Positions 30,470 to 40,721 of a stretch of 64,000 bases of DNA are shown here, one piece after another. The notes beneath the pieces were generated by a model that did not search any database, was not told the origin of the DNA, and worked only from the letters and a program-made list of their open reading frames with translations. The DNA comes from Gemmatimonadota bacterium. GTDB taxonomy: Bacteria > Gemmatimonadota > Gemmatimonadetes > Palauibacterales > Palauibacteraceae. The position numbers were made by a program, and so were the translations under genes. The DNA is taken from assembly GCA_963666735.1 (NCBI GenBank), contig OY762926.1, positions 640,001 to 704,000 of the forward strand, in the 5' to 3' direction. Position 1 is the stretch's first letter, and each line of letters begins with the position of its first letter.

Positions 30470-31630
30470 ATGAACATTCACGAATACCAGGCGCGGCGGA
30501 TTCTCGCCCGGCACGGCATCCCCGTGCCGGAGGCCGAGGTCGCCGCGACGGCGGAGGAAGCCGCGGGGGCGGCCGAACGCTTCGGCGGACCGGTGGTCGT
30601 CAAGGCCCAGGTCCACGCCGGAGGGCGCGGCAAGGCGGGAGGCGTGAAGCTCGCCGCGACGTCGGCCGAGGCGCGCAGCAGCGCCGAGGCCATCCTCGGG
30701 ATGGAGATCAAGGGAATCGAGGTGCGGCGGGTCCTCGTCGCGCCGGCCGAGGACATCGCATCCGAGGCCTACGTCGGGATTGTGCTCGACCGCGCGCGCC
30801 AGGCGGACACGATCATGGTCTCGTCCGAGGGCGGCGTCGACATCGAGGAGGTGGCCGCGACGATGCCCGAGGCGATCCGAAGGGTCGCCGTGGACCCGCG
30901 CTACGGACTTCTCGCCCACCAGGCCGCCCTCCTCGGCCACCACCTCTACGACGACCCGCGTGCGGCGCGGCAGGCTTCGTCCATCATTGCGAAGCTGTAC
31001 GAGGCGTACCGGGCGAGCGGCGCCACGCTGGCGGAGATCAACCCGATGATCGTGAACCCCGCCGGAGAGGTGAAGGCGATCGATGCGAAGATGAACATCG
31101 ACGACAACGCTCTCTTCCGGCTGCCCGAAATCGCGGCGCTTCGGGACACGGGGGCGGAGAATCCGGCCGAGGTCCGGGCACGCGAGGCCGAGCTTTCCTA
31201 CATCCAGCTCGATGGCAACGTCGGGTGCTGCGTGAACGGGGCCGGCCTCGCGATGGCCACCATGGACCTGGTCAAGTACTACGGCGGCGAGCCCGCGAAC
31301 TTCCTCGACATCGGGGGTTCCTCGAATCCCGGCAAGGTCGTGGCGGCGCTCGCACTCATCACGGAGGATCCGAACGTGAACTCGATTCTGTTCAACATCT
31401 TCGGCGGGATCACGCGCTGCGACGATGTCGCGAACGGGATCGTCGAGGCGACGAGCCGCATGGAACTCGGGGTTCCGATCACGATCCGCCTCACGGGAAC
31501 GAACGAGGAGGAGGGGGTCGCGATCCTCGCTTCGCGGGGCTTCGAGGCGATGGTGGACATGGACCGGGCGGTCGAGACCGCCGTCCGCCAGGGCGCGACG
31601 CGGGGGTTCGCCACGGACGGCGGCCGCTGA
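30470..31630 (+). CDS. sucC: Succinyl-CoA synthetase beta subunit
   Basis: [44 protein letters not shown]. Confidence 0.98.
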   Translation: MNIHEYQARRILARHGIPVPEAEVAATAEEAAGAAERFGGPVVVKAQVHAGGRGKAGGVKLAATSAEARSSAEAILGMEIKGIEVRRVLVAPAEDIASEAYVGIVLDRARQADTIMVSSEGGVDIEEVAATMPEAIRRVAVDPRYGLLAHQAALLGHHLYDDPRAARQASSIIAKLYEAYRASGATLAEINPMIVNPAGEVKAIDAKMNIDDNALFRLPEIAALRDTGAENPAEVRAREAELSYIQLDGNVGCCVNGAGLAMATMDLVKYYGGEPANFLDIGGSSNPGKVVAALALITEDPNVNSILFNIFGGITRCDDVANGIVEATSRMELGVPITIRLTGTNEEEGVAILASRGFEAMVDMDRAVETAVRQGATRGFATDGGR

Positions 31631-32496
31631 TGGGGATCTTCATCGGCGACGATACGAGGCTCGTGGTCCAGGGGATCACGGGGCGCGACGGCTCGTTCCA
31701 CACTCGGCAAATGATGGAGTACGGCACACGGGTCGTGGCCGGCGTGACCCCGGGGAAGGGCGGCCGGACGTTCGACGACACCGTGCCGGTGTTCGACACC
31801 GTGGAGGAGGCGGTGGCCGAGGCGAATGCGAACGCGAGCGTCATCTACGTGCCCGCTCGCTTCGCGGCGGATGCGGTATTCGAGGCGGCGGACGCGGGGA
31901 TCGCTCTCATCGTCTGCATCACGGAGGGCGTGCCCGTGGGGGACATGCTGCGCGTGCTGCCGTACGTGCGGGAAAAGGGTGCGCGTCTCATCGGCCCGAA
32001 CTGCCCGGGCCTCATCGTTCCCGGCCGCTGCAAGGTCGGGATTCTCCCCGGCCAGATCGTGTGCGAGGGACCGGTCGGAATCGTGAGCCGTTCCGGCACC
32101 CTTACCTACGAGGTCATCTTCCAGCTCACGCGGGCCGGGATCGGACAATCCGCCTGCGTCGGGATCGGGGGGGACCCGCTCATCGGCACGGACTTCGTCG
32201 ATTGCCTGGCGGCGTTCGAGGCGGATTCGGAGACCGAGGCGGTCGCGGTGATCGGGGAAATCGGCGGCACGGACGAGCAGGTGGCGGCAGAATACGTGTC
32301 GCGAGAGATGAGCAAGCCCGTCGTGGGGTTTATCGCGGGCCAGACCGCGCCTCCCGGCCGGCGCATGGGGCACGCCGGCGCGATCATCTCGGGCTCCGAG
32401 GGGACGGCGGACGAGAAGATCCGCGCCTTCGAGAGCCACGGGGTCCGGGTCGCCCGGAGGCCCGCCGACCTGGTCGGGCTTATAGGCGGCCGCTAG
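31630..32496 (+). CDS. sucD: Succinyl-CoA synthetase alpha subunit
   Basis: [27 protein letters not shown] (phospho-His). Confidence 0.98.
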   Translation: MGIFIGDDTRLVVQGITGRDGSFHTRQMMEYGTRVVAGVTPGKGGRTFDDTVPVFDTVEEAVAEANANASVIYVPARFAADAVFEAADAGIALIVCITEGVPVGDMLRVLPYVREKGARLIGPNCPGLIVPGRCKVGILPGQIVCEGPVGIVSRSGTLTYEVIFQLTRAGIGQSACVGIGGDPLIGTDFVDCLAAFEADSETEAVAVIGEIGGTDEQVAAEYVSREMSKPVVGFIAGQTAPPGRRMGHAGAIISGSEGTADEKIRAFESHGVRVARRPADLVGLIGGR

Positions 32497-34141
32497 GAGC
32501 CTGCGCCGTAGAAACCGATGGTGCGGCGCGTTTCGGGTGGTTATGGTGATGGCGTGCTGTGACGGGTTCAAGTTCGGCGCGGGGAGTTGGCGATGAGTGC
32601 GAGGTCTCTACCGTACGATCCGGAGAGGATGCGGACGAGGTTCCGCCCGTACGATCCGGACCAGCGGTTGCTGCTGCCGCAGGATCTTCGCGAGTGGGTG
32701 CCGGCGGGGCATCTGGCGCACCACGTGAGCGATCTGGTGGACGCGCTGGACCTGTCGGCGTTCTACGCGCGGTACGAGGGGGACGGACGCCGTCGGAGCC
32801 CGTACGATCCGCGGATGATGGTGAAGGTTCTGCTGTACGGTTACGCGACGGGGGTGTTCTCGTCTCGGAAGCTGGCGCGGAAGCTGGAGGAGGACGTGCC
32901 GCTCAGGATGCTGGCGGCGGGGAACTTTCCGGCGCACCGGACGCTGTGCGAGTTCCGGAAGAAGAACCTGAGGGCGTTCGGTGCGTTGTTCGCCGAGGCG
33001 GTGCTTCTGGCGCGGGAGCTGGGTCTGGCGGGGCTGGGCCGGGTGGCGGTGGACGGGACGAAGGTTCGGGCGAACGCGAGCAAGCGGAAGGCGATGAGCT
33101 ACGGGCGGATGGGTCCGGAGGAGGCGCGCCTGGAGGCGGAGATCGCGGAGTTGCTGGCGCGTGCGGAGGCGGCCGACGCGGAGGAGGACGAGCGGCACGG
33201 GGAGGACGTTCGGGGCGACGAGCTGCCGGAGGAGCTGAAGCGGCGGGAGGACCGGCTGGCGGCGATCCGGGCGGCGCGGGCTCGTCTGGAGGCGGAGGCG
33301 CGGGAGCGCGACGACGCGCGGGGCCGGGAGCCGGAGTGGGACCGCAACCCGAAGGGGGGGTCGCCGTACAAGCTGGCCTACGGGGAGCCGGAGGCGGACT
33401 CGCAGACGAACTTCACGGATCCGGAGAGCCGGATCATGCGGACGAGCACGGAGGGCTACCAGCAGTGCTACAACGCGCAGGCGGTGGTCGACGGCGAGAG
33501 CCAGCTGGTGCTGGGGGCGGAGGTGACCGACAACGCGAGCGACCAGGGGCAGCTGGTGGAGCGGGTGGACGAGGTGTCCGGGCGGTTGGGGGAGACGCCG
33601 GGCGAGGTGCTGGCCGACGCGGGCTACTCGAACGAGGAGGATCTGGCGGCTCTGGATGCGCGGGGGATCGACGGCTACGTGGCGCTGGGCCGGGAGGGCA
33701 AGGGGGCCGGCAAGCCCGACCCGAAGAAGCTCCCGGCGACGGCGCGCATGGCGAAGAAGCTGGAGACTCCCCAAGGCCGGGCGGTGTATGCCAAGCGCAA
33801 GTGGATCGCCGAAGCGCCCATCGGGTGGGTCAAGGAGGCGATGGGGTTCAGGAGGTTCAGCCTCAGGGGCTTGGAGAACGTGCGCGGCGAGTGGGATCTG
33901 GTGTGTCTGGCGCTCAACGCGCGGCGCCTCCACGTCCTTCGGGCCGCGTGAGGGGCGAAATCTTCGCGCCGGAGGGCCTCCGGGGCCCGAAACGCGGCCG
34001 GATCCACCCGGAAACGGCGCCGGCGCGGCGGCTTCGCCCGCGCGACGGCGGCTCCCGCCGACAACCGGCGCCCCTCAGCCTCCGGGCGGCCGCGCTTCCC
34101 GGGATCCGCCGCCCTTCGCGACCGTTCTACCGCGCAAGCTC
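32497..34141 (+). mobile_element. IS1182-family insertion sequence (1645 bp)
   Basis: Imperfect 17-bp TIRs GAGCCTGCGCCGTAGAA / TTCTACCGCGCAAGCTC, flanked by CTAG direct repeats (32493-32496 and 34142-34145); single DDE transposase. Confidence 0.92.
32593..33951 (+). CDS. IS1182-family transposase
   Basis: YDPRMMVKVLLYGY..G..SSRKL, DGTKVRANASK, YNAQ, LADAGY, R...E..G..K..GFRRF.LRG. Start uncertain (32593 or 32629). Confidence 0.93.
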   Translation: MSARSLPYDPERMRTRFRPYDPDQRLLLPQDLREWVPAGHLAHHVSDLVDALDLSAFYARYEGDGRRRSPYDPRMMVKVLLYGYATGVFSSRKLARKLEEDVPLRMLAAGNFPAHRTLCEFRKKNLRAFGALFAEAVLLARELGLAGLGRVAVDGTKVRANASKRKAMSYGRMGPEEARLEAEIAELLARAEAADAEEDERHGEDVRGDELPEELKRREDRLAAIRAARARLEAEARERDDARGREPEWDRNPKGGSPYKLAYGEPEADSQTNFTDPESRIMRTSTEGYQQCYNAQAVVDGESQLVLGAEVTDNASDQGQLVERVDEVSGRLGETPGEVLADAGYSNEEDLAALDARGIDGYVALGREGKGAGKPDPKKLPATARMAKKLETPQGRAVYAKRKWIAEAPIGWVKEAMGFRRFSLRGLENVRGEWDLVCLALNARRLHVLRAA

Positions 34142-34192
34142 CTAGCGGGCCGTGACGGAAACGCTGCGATGCGGAACCGGCGGGAGGCGGCG

Positions 34193-34645
34193 ATGAAAGT
34201 ACGGGAGATCATGACCCGCGACGTGACCACGGCCGCTCCCGGGATGGCGCTGGAGGAGGCGGCGGAGATGCTCGCGCGGAGGCGGCTGCGCGCCATGCCG
34301 GTCATCGATGACGAGGGCCATGTCCTGGGGATGCTCACGGACCGCCTGCTGATCAGTCGTCTTTTGCCGGAGCTCGAGCGGGCGGATGCTGGCCGGCCGG
34401 CGGCGGGAGGCGCTCACGTCGGCGAGGTGCGCGACATCATGGAACGAGCCGTGATGTGCGTGAAGGAGGACGAACCGCTGGCCAACGTGGTCCGTCTGAT
34501 GCTGGACAGGGAAATCGAACGTTTGCCGGTCGTCCGGGAGGGCCAGCTCGTCGGGTTTCTGACGCGCGGCGACATCATCCGAAGGCTCCTTGTTCAGGAC
34601 GCGGCGGGCAGAGCGGAAGAAACAAGTGACACGAAAGGGGAGTGA
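34193..34645 (+). CDS. CBS domain pair protein
   Basis: KVREIMT, MPVID..G.VLGMLT, VRDIM, LPVV..GQLVGFLTRGD. Confidence 0.9.
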   Translation: MKVREIMTRDVTTAAPGMALEEAAEMLARRRLRAMPVIDDEGHVLGMLTDRLLISRLLPELERADAGRPAAGGAHVGEVRDIMERAVMCVKEDEPLANVVRLMLDREIERLPVVREGQLVGFLTRGDIIRRLLVQDAAGRAEETSDTKGE

Positions 34646-34649
34646 AGCC

Positions 34650-35075
34650 GTGCAGAGGATGACGCTCGCGATCATCAAGCCCGATGCGTTCGGGTCCGGG
34701 AAGGCCGGCAGGGTACTCGCCGCGCTCGAGGACGCGGGCTTTCGCATACGGGGGACACGCGTCCTGCGCCTCGGGCGCGCCGGAGCCGAGGAGTTCTACG
34801 CGGTGCACCGGGAACGCCCCTTCTTCGGGGCGCTGGTGGAGTTCATGACATCGGGGCCCTGCATGGCGCTCGCGCTTGAACACGACCGGGCGGTGCCCTA
34901 TCTGCGCGAGGTCATCGGCGCCACGGATCCGGCGGAAGCGGCGCCGGGCACCGTGCGCGCGCTGTACGCGGAGAGCAAGGAGCGTAACGCGATCCACGGT
35001 TCCGATTCCGACGAGAACGCGAGGGGGGAACTCGGCTTTTTCTTCGGACGGATCGACCTTATCGGCAGCGCGTGA
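34650..35075 (+). CDS. ndk: Nucleoside-diphosphate kinase
   Basis: TLAIIKPDA, HRERPFF, GATDP, NAIHGSDS. Confidence 0.97.
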   Translation: MQRMTLAIIKPDAFGSGKAGRVLAALEDAGFRIRGTRVLRLGRAGAEEFYAVHRERPFFGALVEFMTSGPCMALALEHDRAVPYLREVIGATDPAEAAPGTVRALYAESKERNAIHGSDSDENARGELGFFFGRIDLIGSA

Positions 35076-35647
35076 GTCCGCGTCGCGCGTCGCGGTCACC
35101 GGACTCGGCGGAACCCGCCCGCATCGGACTCGCGGGCCTCGACGCCGGACCCCTCGAGCGGGCGTTTCGCGTCGAGACGCCGGGCGAATCGCTCGGCGCG
35201 CTGCCGCTGCCCTTCGAGTATGTCGATGTCGAGGTCGAAGTCCGGCGTGCGGATGGGGCCGCGGTTCGCGCCCGGGGCACGCTCGGCGCGCGGGCGACCG
35301 TCGAGTGTCGCCGCTGCCTCGAGCCGACCCGGGTCGGCGTGCGCGCGAAATGGGCCGCACTGTACCGTCCGCCAGGTCGCGTCACCCCCGGGGAAGAGGG
35401 GGTCTGGTCGCTCGACGCGGGGTCGGGCGAACTGGATCTGGCCGGGCCGATCCGTGAGGAGTTGTGGGTCAACGCGCCCGCCTTCGTGGAGTGCTCGCGC
35501 GACTGCGCGGGGCTCTGCCCGACGTGCGGCGTGCGGCTCGCGGAGCAGGCCTGTCGCTGCCCGGCGGCGGAACCCGACGCGCGCTGGGCCGCGCTGGAGG
35601 GATCGGGCGGAGGTTCGGCGCGCGTTTCGGAGGGTGACATTCCTTGA
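35072..35647 (+). CDS. YceD/DUF177 family protein
   Basis: CRRCL and C..DCAGLCPTCG..L....C.C, DARWAAL; lies upstream of rpmF. Confidence 0.9.
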   Translation: MSPRRASRSPDSAEPARIGLAGLDAGPLERAFRVETPGESLGALPLPFEYVDVEVEVRRADGAAVRARGTLGARATVECRRCLEPTRVGVRAKWAALYRPPGRVTPGEEGVWSLDAGSGELDLAGPIREELWVNAPAFVECSRDCAGLCPTCGVRLAEQACRCPAAEPDARWAALEGSGGGSARVSEGDIP

Positions 35648-35731
35648 CATTCCAGAGCGGAAAGCGCCAGTTGCCGTGTTCCGCTCGAACGCGGCACACT
35701 AGCCAATGGCTGCCAGGAGTGAGTTGACGAT

Positions 35732-35914
35732 ATGGCTGTTCCCAAGAGACGGACGTCGAAGCAGCGCAAGCGCAAGCGGCGTACGCATTACAAGGCGCGG
35801 GACGACGCGCGCCAGGCATGCCCCAAGTGCGGGGATCCGAAACGTCCGCATCGCGTCTGTCCGACCTGCGGCCACTACGCGGATCGCGAGGTCGTTCAGA
35901 TCGACGACTTTTGA
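35732..35914 (+). CDS. rpmF: 50S ribosomal protein L32 (zinc-ribbon form)
   Basis: [24 protein letters not shown]. Confidence 0.97.
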   Translation: MAVPKRRTSKQRKRKRRTHYKARDDARQACPKCGDPKRPHRVCPTCGHYADREVVQIDDF

Positions 35915-35969
35915 AGCCCCCGAGCGCGGCCGCCGCCGTCCGGCGGCCGGGCCGGGGGGTTGATCGGAC

Positions 35970-36953
35970 ATGATTCGGGTTGCACTCGACCTTGTGGGCG
36001 GAGACGCCGCGCCGGAGGCCGCTCTGGAGGCCGCCGCGGGAGCTCTCGACGCGTGGCCGGACGACCTTTCCCTCCTCCTTGTGGGGCCCGGCGATCTCTT
36101 GCGTGCGGAACGGGCCCGGTTCCCGCGCGACCGGGTGGCATGGCTCGCGGCGGAGGAGTTCATCGCGCCGGCCGATCCGCCCGCTCTGGCGGCGCGGCGG
36201 AAGGCGGACAGCACCGTGGTTCGCGGGCTGGAGGCCGTCCGCGATGGACAGGCGGATGCCTTCGTGTCGGCGGGACCGACGGGGGCGACGGTCGTCGCTT
36301 CGGTGCTCACGCTCGGCTTGCTCCCCGGAGTGGACCGGCCGCCGGTGGGCGCCCTTTTCCCGACCGGGACCGGGCGGGTCCTCGTCATGGACGTGGGGGC
36401 GAACGTGGACGTCCGCCCGCGGCAACTGCACCAGTTTGCCCACCTGGGATCGACCTATCTGCGCCGGACGCTCTCCATCGGGCGACCGCGCGTCGGGCTT
36501 CTCAACATCGGGGCGGAGGGAGAGAAGGGAGGAGGCGTCATGGCGACGGCCCACGGCCACCTCTCGGCCGACCGCGATCTCCATTTCATCGGGAACGTGG
36601 AGGGACACCAGATCGTGAGCGGAGTGTGCGACGTGCTCGTGTGCGGCGGCTTCGTCGGTAACGTGCTGCTCAAGTTCTACGAGTCGATCGCGGAATTCGT
36701 GCTCGAGATCTTCCGTGACGCCGGCGTCGGCGAGGGAGGCCAACTCGGTGAGGCGCTGCGTTTTCTCGACTATGCGGAGTACGGCGGCGCCCCCCTGTTC
36801 GGCGTGGACGGGGTCACGATCATCTGTCACGGCACTTCCCCCCCGCGCGCCATCATGAACGGAATTCGCACGGCGGCCGACTGTGCCGCCTCGGGCTTCA
36901 CGTCCGTCACTCGCACCTCGCTTGCCCGGATGCGGCAGGAGAGCGGCGCGTGA
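35970..36953 (+). CDS. plsX: Phosphate acyltransferase PlsX
   Basis: ALD..GGD.AP, VSAGPTG, DVGAN, LLNIG.E..KG, FIGNVEG, YGGAPLFG. Confidence 0.95.
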   Translation: MIRVALDLVGGDAAPEAALEAAAGALDAWPDDLSLLLVGPGDLLRAERARFPRDRVAWLAAEEFIAPADPPALAARRKADSTVVRGLEAVRDGQADAFVSAGPTGATVVASVLTLGLLPGVDRPPVGALFPTGTGRVLVMDVGANVDVRPRQLHQFAHLGSTYLRRTLSIGRPRVGLLNIGAEGEKGGGVMATAHGHLSADRDLHFIGNVEGHQIVSGVCDVLVCGGFVGNVLLKFYESIAEFVLEIFRDAGVGEGGQLGEALRFLDYAEYGGAPLFGVDGVTIICHGTSPPRAIMNGIRTAADCAASGFTSVTRTSLARMRQESGA

Positions 36954-37885
36954 GCGGGGTCGCCCTCCTCTTCCCGGGACAGGGCGCCCAGTACGTGGGC
37001 ATGGGCCGGGATCTGGCGGAAGATGATGCGTCGGTGCGGGAACTCTACGAGCGGGCCGACGATACGCTCGGCATGCCGTTGAGCCGGATCTGCTGGGAGG
37101 GACCCGAGGAAGAACTTCGGGCCACGGAGAACGCGCAACCGGCGATCATGCTGCACTCCTTCGCCATCTGGCATCTCATCGCCGCGCGCGCCGGGAAGAT
37201 CGGCATCGGGGCGGGGCATTCGCTCGGCGAGCTGTCCGCGTACCTCGTGTCCGGCGCCTTCGGCTTCGAGGACGGTCTCCGGATCGTGCGGGAACGCGGA
37301 CGCCTCATGGGAGCCTCCGGTGCGGACCGGCCGGGCACGATGGCCGCCATACTCGGGTTGGACGCAGAGTCCGTCGCCGACGCGTGTGAGCGTGCGGCGG
37401 AGGCCGGGCGGGTTGCCGTGCCCGCGAATCTCAACGCTCCGGGCCAGGTCGTCATCAGCGGCGATGCCGAGGCCGTGGCCGCGGCGGTCCGGCTCGCTTC
37501 GGAGGCCGGCGCGCGCCGCGTCCTCCCGCTCAACGTGAGCGGCGCGTTCCATTCTCCCCTCATGGCGACGGCGGCCGGCGGGCTGGCGGCGGCGCTCGAG
37601 GGGACGAACTGGGGGGAGCCGTCGTTCCCCATCGTCTCCAACGCCACGGCGACACTCGTGACCGACTCGGAGGAGGCGCGGCGCACGCTCATCCTGCAAC
37701 TCACGTCGCCGGTTCGGTGGATGGAGGGGATCGAGCGCATCCGCGAGAGCGGGACCGCGCGCTGGCTCGAAGTCGGACCCGGCAACGTGCTCTCGGGCCT
37801 CGCCCGTCGCATCGATCGAAGCTTGCGCGTGATTGCGGTCGGAGATTCGCCGTCCGTGGACGCCTACCTGGGATCCTCGGACTGA
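36950..37885 (+). CDS. fabD: Malonyl-CoA:ACP transacylase
   Basis: FPGQGAQ, GHSLGE, VSGAFHS, QLTSPVRW. Confidence 0.97.
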   Translation: MSGVALLFPGQGAQYVGMGRDLAEDDASVRELYERADDTLGMPLSRICWEGPEEELRATENAQPAIMLHSFAIWHLIAARAGKIGIGAGHSLGELSAYLVSGAFGFEDGLRIVRERGRLMGASGADRPGTMAAILGLDAESVADACERAAEAGRVAVPANLNAPGQVVISGDAEAVAAAVRLASEAGARRVLPLNVSGAFHSPLMATAAGGLAAALEGTNWGEPSFPIVSNATATLVTDSEEARRTLILQLTSPVRWMEGIERIRESGTARWLEVGPGNVLSGLARRIDRSLRVIAVGDSPSVDAYLGSSD

Positions 37886-37896
37886 GGGGCGCCTGA

Positions 37897-38640
37897 ATGA
37901 GCGAACTGACGGGAGAGATCGCCATCGTCACGGGAGCGACGCGCGGCATCGGGACCGCGATCGCAACGGAACTGGCCCTGGCGGGCGCACGGGTGGCTGT
38001 CGTCGGCACCGGGGCGGACCGCGCGCGGGCCGTCGCCGAGCGCCTGCCCGGAGACGGTCATGCGGGCTTCGGTTGCGACGTCTCCGACCCCGCGGCGTGC
38101 GGGGGACTGGTCTCGGACGTCTTCGAGAGGCTCGGCAGTGCGACGATCCTCGTGAACAACGCGGGCATCACGCGCGACAGCCTCCTGCTCCGCCTCAAGG
38201 ACGAGGACTGGCAGTCCGTGCTCGACACGAATCTGTCGGGGGCTTTCTATCTGATGCGGGCCGTCGCCCGCGGCATGATGAAGCGGCGCGCCGGAAACAT
38301 CGTGAACATCTCCAGCGTTGTGGGCTTGACGGGAAACCGCGGCCAGTCCAACTATGCGGCGGCCAAAGCCGCCCTGATCTCGCTCACCCGAAGCGTCGCT
38401 CAGGAGCTTGCGAGTCGCGGTGTGCGGGCCAACGCTGTCGCACCGGGGTTCATCTCGACCGACATGACCTCGGGACTGCCCGAAAGCGTTCAAAAAGCCA
38501 TGTCGGAGAGGATTCCCCTCGGCCGGCCCGGGTCCCCGGAAGATGTCGCCACGGTGGTGCGATTTCTCGTGGGTCCCGGGGCTTCGTACGTTACCGGGCA
38601 GGTGATCGTCGTCGACGGCGGGATGGTCATGCAGTCGTAG
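37897..38640 (+). CDS. fabG: 3-oxoacyl-ACP reductase
   Basis: TGATRGIG, NNAGITRD, YAAAK, VAPGFI. Confidence 0.96.
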   Translation: MSELTGEIAIVTGATRGIGTAIATELALAGARVAVVGTGADRARAVAERLPGDGHAGFGCDVSDPAACGGLVSDVFERLGSATILVNNAGITRDSLLLRLKDEDWQSVLDTNLSGAFYLMRAVARGMMKRRAGNIVNISSVVGLTGNRGQSNYAAAKAALISLTRSVAQELASRGVRANAVAPGFISTDMTSGLPESVQKAMSERIPLGRPGSPEDVATVVRFLVGPGASYVTGQVIVVDGGMVMQS

Positions 38641-38739
38641 CGGCGCCGCCGCATATTCGGTCAGCGGATCAGCGAAGAAGGGATCGGGAAACGGCGGGGC
38701 CGCGGGTCGGTCCCCTTCATACAAGGAGAACACGCAATC

Positions 38740-38970
38740 ATGGACAACGCGGCACGCGTGCGGGAGATCATCGCGCAGGAACTCGGCGTGGAGCAGGAGA
38801 AGGTGGTGGACGACGCGAACTTCGTCGATGATCTGGGCGCCGACTCGCTCGATACCGTCGAACTCGTGATGGCTTTCGAGGAAGAGTTCGGGATCGAGAT
38901 CCCGGATGAGGACGCGGAGAGGATGCAGACGGTCCAGGAGGCCATCGCGTATCTGAACGAGAAGGCCTAG
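38740..38970 (+). CDS. acpP: Acyl carrier protein
   Basis: [14 protein letters not shown] phosphopantetheine site. Confidence 0.98.
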   Translation: MDNAARVREIIAQELGVEQEKVVDDANFVDDLGADSLDTVELVMAFEEEFGIEIPDEDAERMQTVQEAIAYLNEKA

Positions 38971-38999
38971 CGCCTGGCTGCCTCTCATTTCATGAGAAC

Positions 39000-40250
39000 A
39001 TGAGAAGACGTGTAGCGATCACGGGGGTCGGCCTCGTCACTCCGGTCGGGCTCGACACCGACTCGACCTGGAACGCGCTCCTCCGCGGCGACAGCGGCGC
39101 GGGACCCATCACCCGGTTCGATGCATCCGACCAGTCGGTTCGCTTCGCCTGCGAGGTGAAGGACTTCGACCCGGCGAGATACATGGACCGGAAGGATGCC
39201 CGCCGGGCGGACCGTTTCCTCCACCTTGCGATGGCCGCGGCGGACCAGGCCGTGACCGAAGCGGGTTTCTCGGAGGGGTTCGGAGAGCTTCCGCCGGATC
39301 GGGTCGGTGTTCTCATCGGCGTCGGGATCGGCGGGCTTCCGCTCCTCGAGGCCCAGCACGAGAAGCTGCTTGCCGGCGGGCCTCGGCGCGTCTCCCCGTT
39401 CTTCATCCCCATGTTTATCCCGGACATGGCGTCGGGGATGGTGTCGATGCGATACGGAGCGCAGGGCCCCAACTATGCGACGGTATCGGCCTGCGCCTCC
39501 AGCGGCCATTCCGTCGGGCTGGCCTTCCGTTCGATCCGCAACGGCGAAGCCGATGTGATGATCACGGGGGGCAGCGAGTCCACGATCACGCCACTCGCGG
39601 TCGCCGGCTTCGCGAACATGCGGGCGATGTCGACGCGCAACGACGACCCGGAGAGGGCCTCGCGCCCCTTCGACGCGCACCGTGACGGGTTCGTGCTCGG
39701 GGAAGGCGCCGGGATGTTCATACTTGAGGAACTGGAACACGCGAAGGCGCGCGGTGCGGCGATCCTCGGGGAATTGGCGGGCTTCGGGCAGAGCGCCGAC
39801 GCCTACCACATGACGGCGCCGGCGCCGGATGGTTCGGGGGCGCGGCTCGCCATGGAGCAGGCCCTCGACGACGCGGGACTCGATCCGGCCGACATCGGGT
39901 ACATCAACGCACACGGCACGTCGACGCCCGCGAACGATGTCTCCGAGACGAAAGCGATCAAGGATGTTCTGGGCGACCATGCCTACTCGATCGTCGTGGG
40001 TTCGACGAAATCGATGACGGGACACACGCTGGGCGCGGCCGGGGCCATAGAAGGGGCGATCTCCGCGCTTGTCTGCCGGCACGGGATCATCCCGCCCACG
40101 ATCAACTTCGAGCAGGCGGATCCCGAGTGCGATCTCGAATACGCCCATGGAGGGGTCCTGGAACGTGAAGTCGAGGTCGCCCTCTCGAATTCTTTCGGGT
40201 TCGGCGGCCACAACGTCTGTCTGGCCGTCCGGCGCTGGAACGGCGACTAG
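39000..40250 (+). CDS. fabF: Beta-ketoacyl-ACP synthase II
   Basis: SACAS, NAHGTST, KSMTGH, SNSFGFGGHN. Confidence 0.97.
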   Translation: MRRRVAITGVGLVTPVGLDTDSTWNALLRGDSGAGPITRFDASDQSVRFACEVKDFDPARYMDRKDARRADRFLHLAMAAADQAVTEAGFSEGFGELPPDRVGVLIGVGIGGLPLLEAQHEKLLAGGPRRVSPFFIPMFIPDMASGMVSMRYGAQGPNYATVSACASSGHSVGLAFRSIRNGEADVMITGGSESTITPLAVAGFANMRAMSTRNDDPERASRPFDAHRDGFVLGEGAGMFILEELEHAKARGAAILGELAGFGQSADAYHMTAPAPDGSGARLAMEQALDDAGLDPADIGYINAHGTSTPANDVSETKAIKDVLGDHAYSIVVGSTKSMTGHTLGAAGAIEGAISALVCRHGIIPPTINFEQADPECDLEYAHGGVLEREVEVALSNSFGFGGHNVCLAVRRWNGD

Positions 40251-40299
40251 CGGTCTTCCGGGCGGGCAGCGCCCGCGGCGGATCGGCCGGGAGGAAGCG

Positions 40300-40704
40300 A
40301 TGAGTTCGGTACTGGTGATGATGGGGTCGGAATCGGACATGCCCACCATGGAAAAGGGCGTGGCGATCCTGCGCGAGCACGGGGTCGACGTGCAGGTCGA
40401 GGTGAGTTCGGCCCACCGGCAGCCGAAGCGGACCGCGGAGCTGGCCGAGGGCGCGGAAGCCGCCGGCCATGCCGTCGTGATCTGCGGGGCGGGACTGTCG
40501 GCGGCGCTCCCCGGCGTCGTGGCGGCGCACACCGCGCTGCCGGTGATCGGGGTTCCCGTCTCCGCGGGTACGCTCGGAGGGCTCGATGCGCTCCTGTCGT
40601 GTGCGCAGATGCCGCCGGGCGTCCCCGTCGCCGCCGTGGGCATCGACAACGCGAAGAACGCGGCTCACCTCGCTCTCCGCATCCTGCGCGCGGTTCGGGG
40701 CTAG
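40300..40704 (+). CDS. purE: PurE (N5-CAIR mutase / AIR carboxylase)
   Basis: MGSESD, SAHR, PVIGVP, GLDALLS..QMP.GVPVA. Confidence 0.94.
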   Translation: MSSVLVMMGSESDMPTMEKGVAILREHGVDVQVEVSSAHRQPKRTAELAEGAEAAGHAVVICGAGLSAALPGVVAAHTALPVIGVPVSAGTLGGLDALLSCAQMPPGVPVAAVGIDNAKNAAHLALRILRAVRG

Positions 40705-40721
40705 CCCGGGACGTTCGTCCA

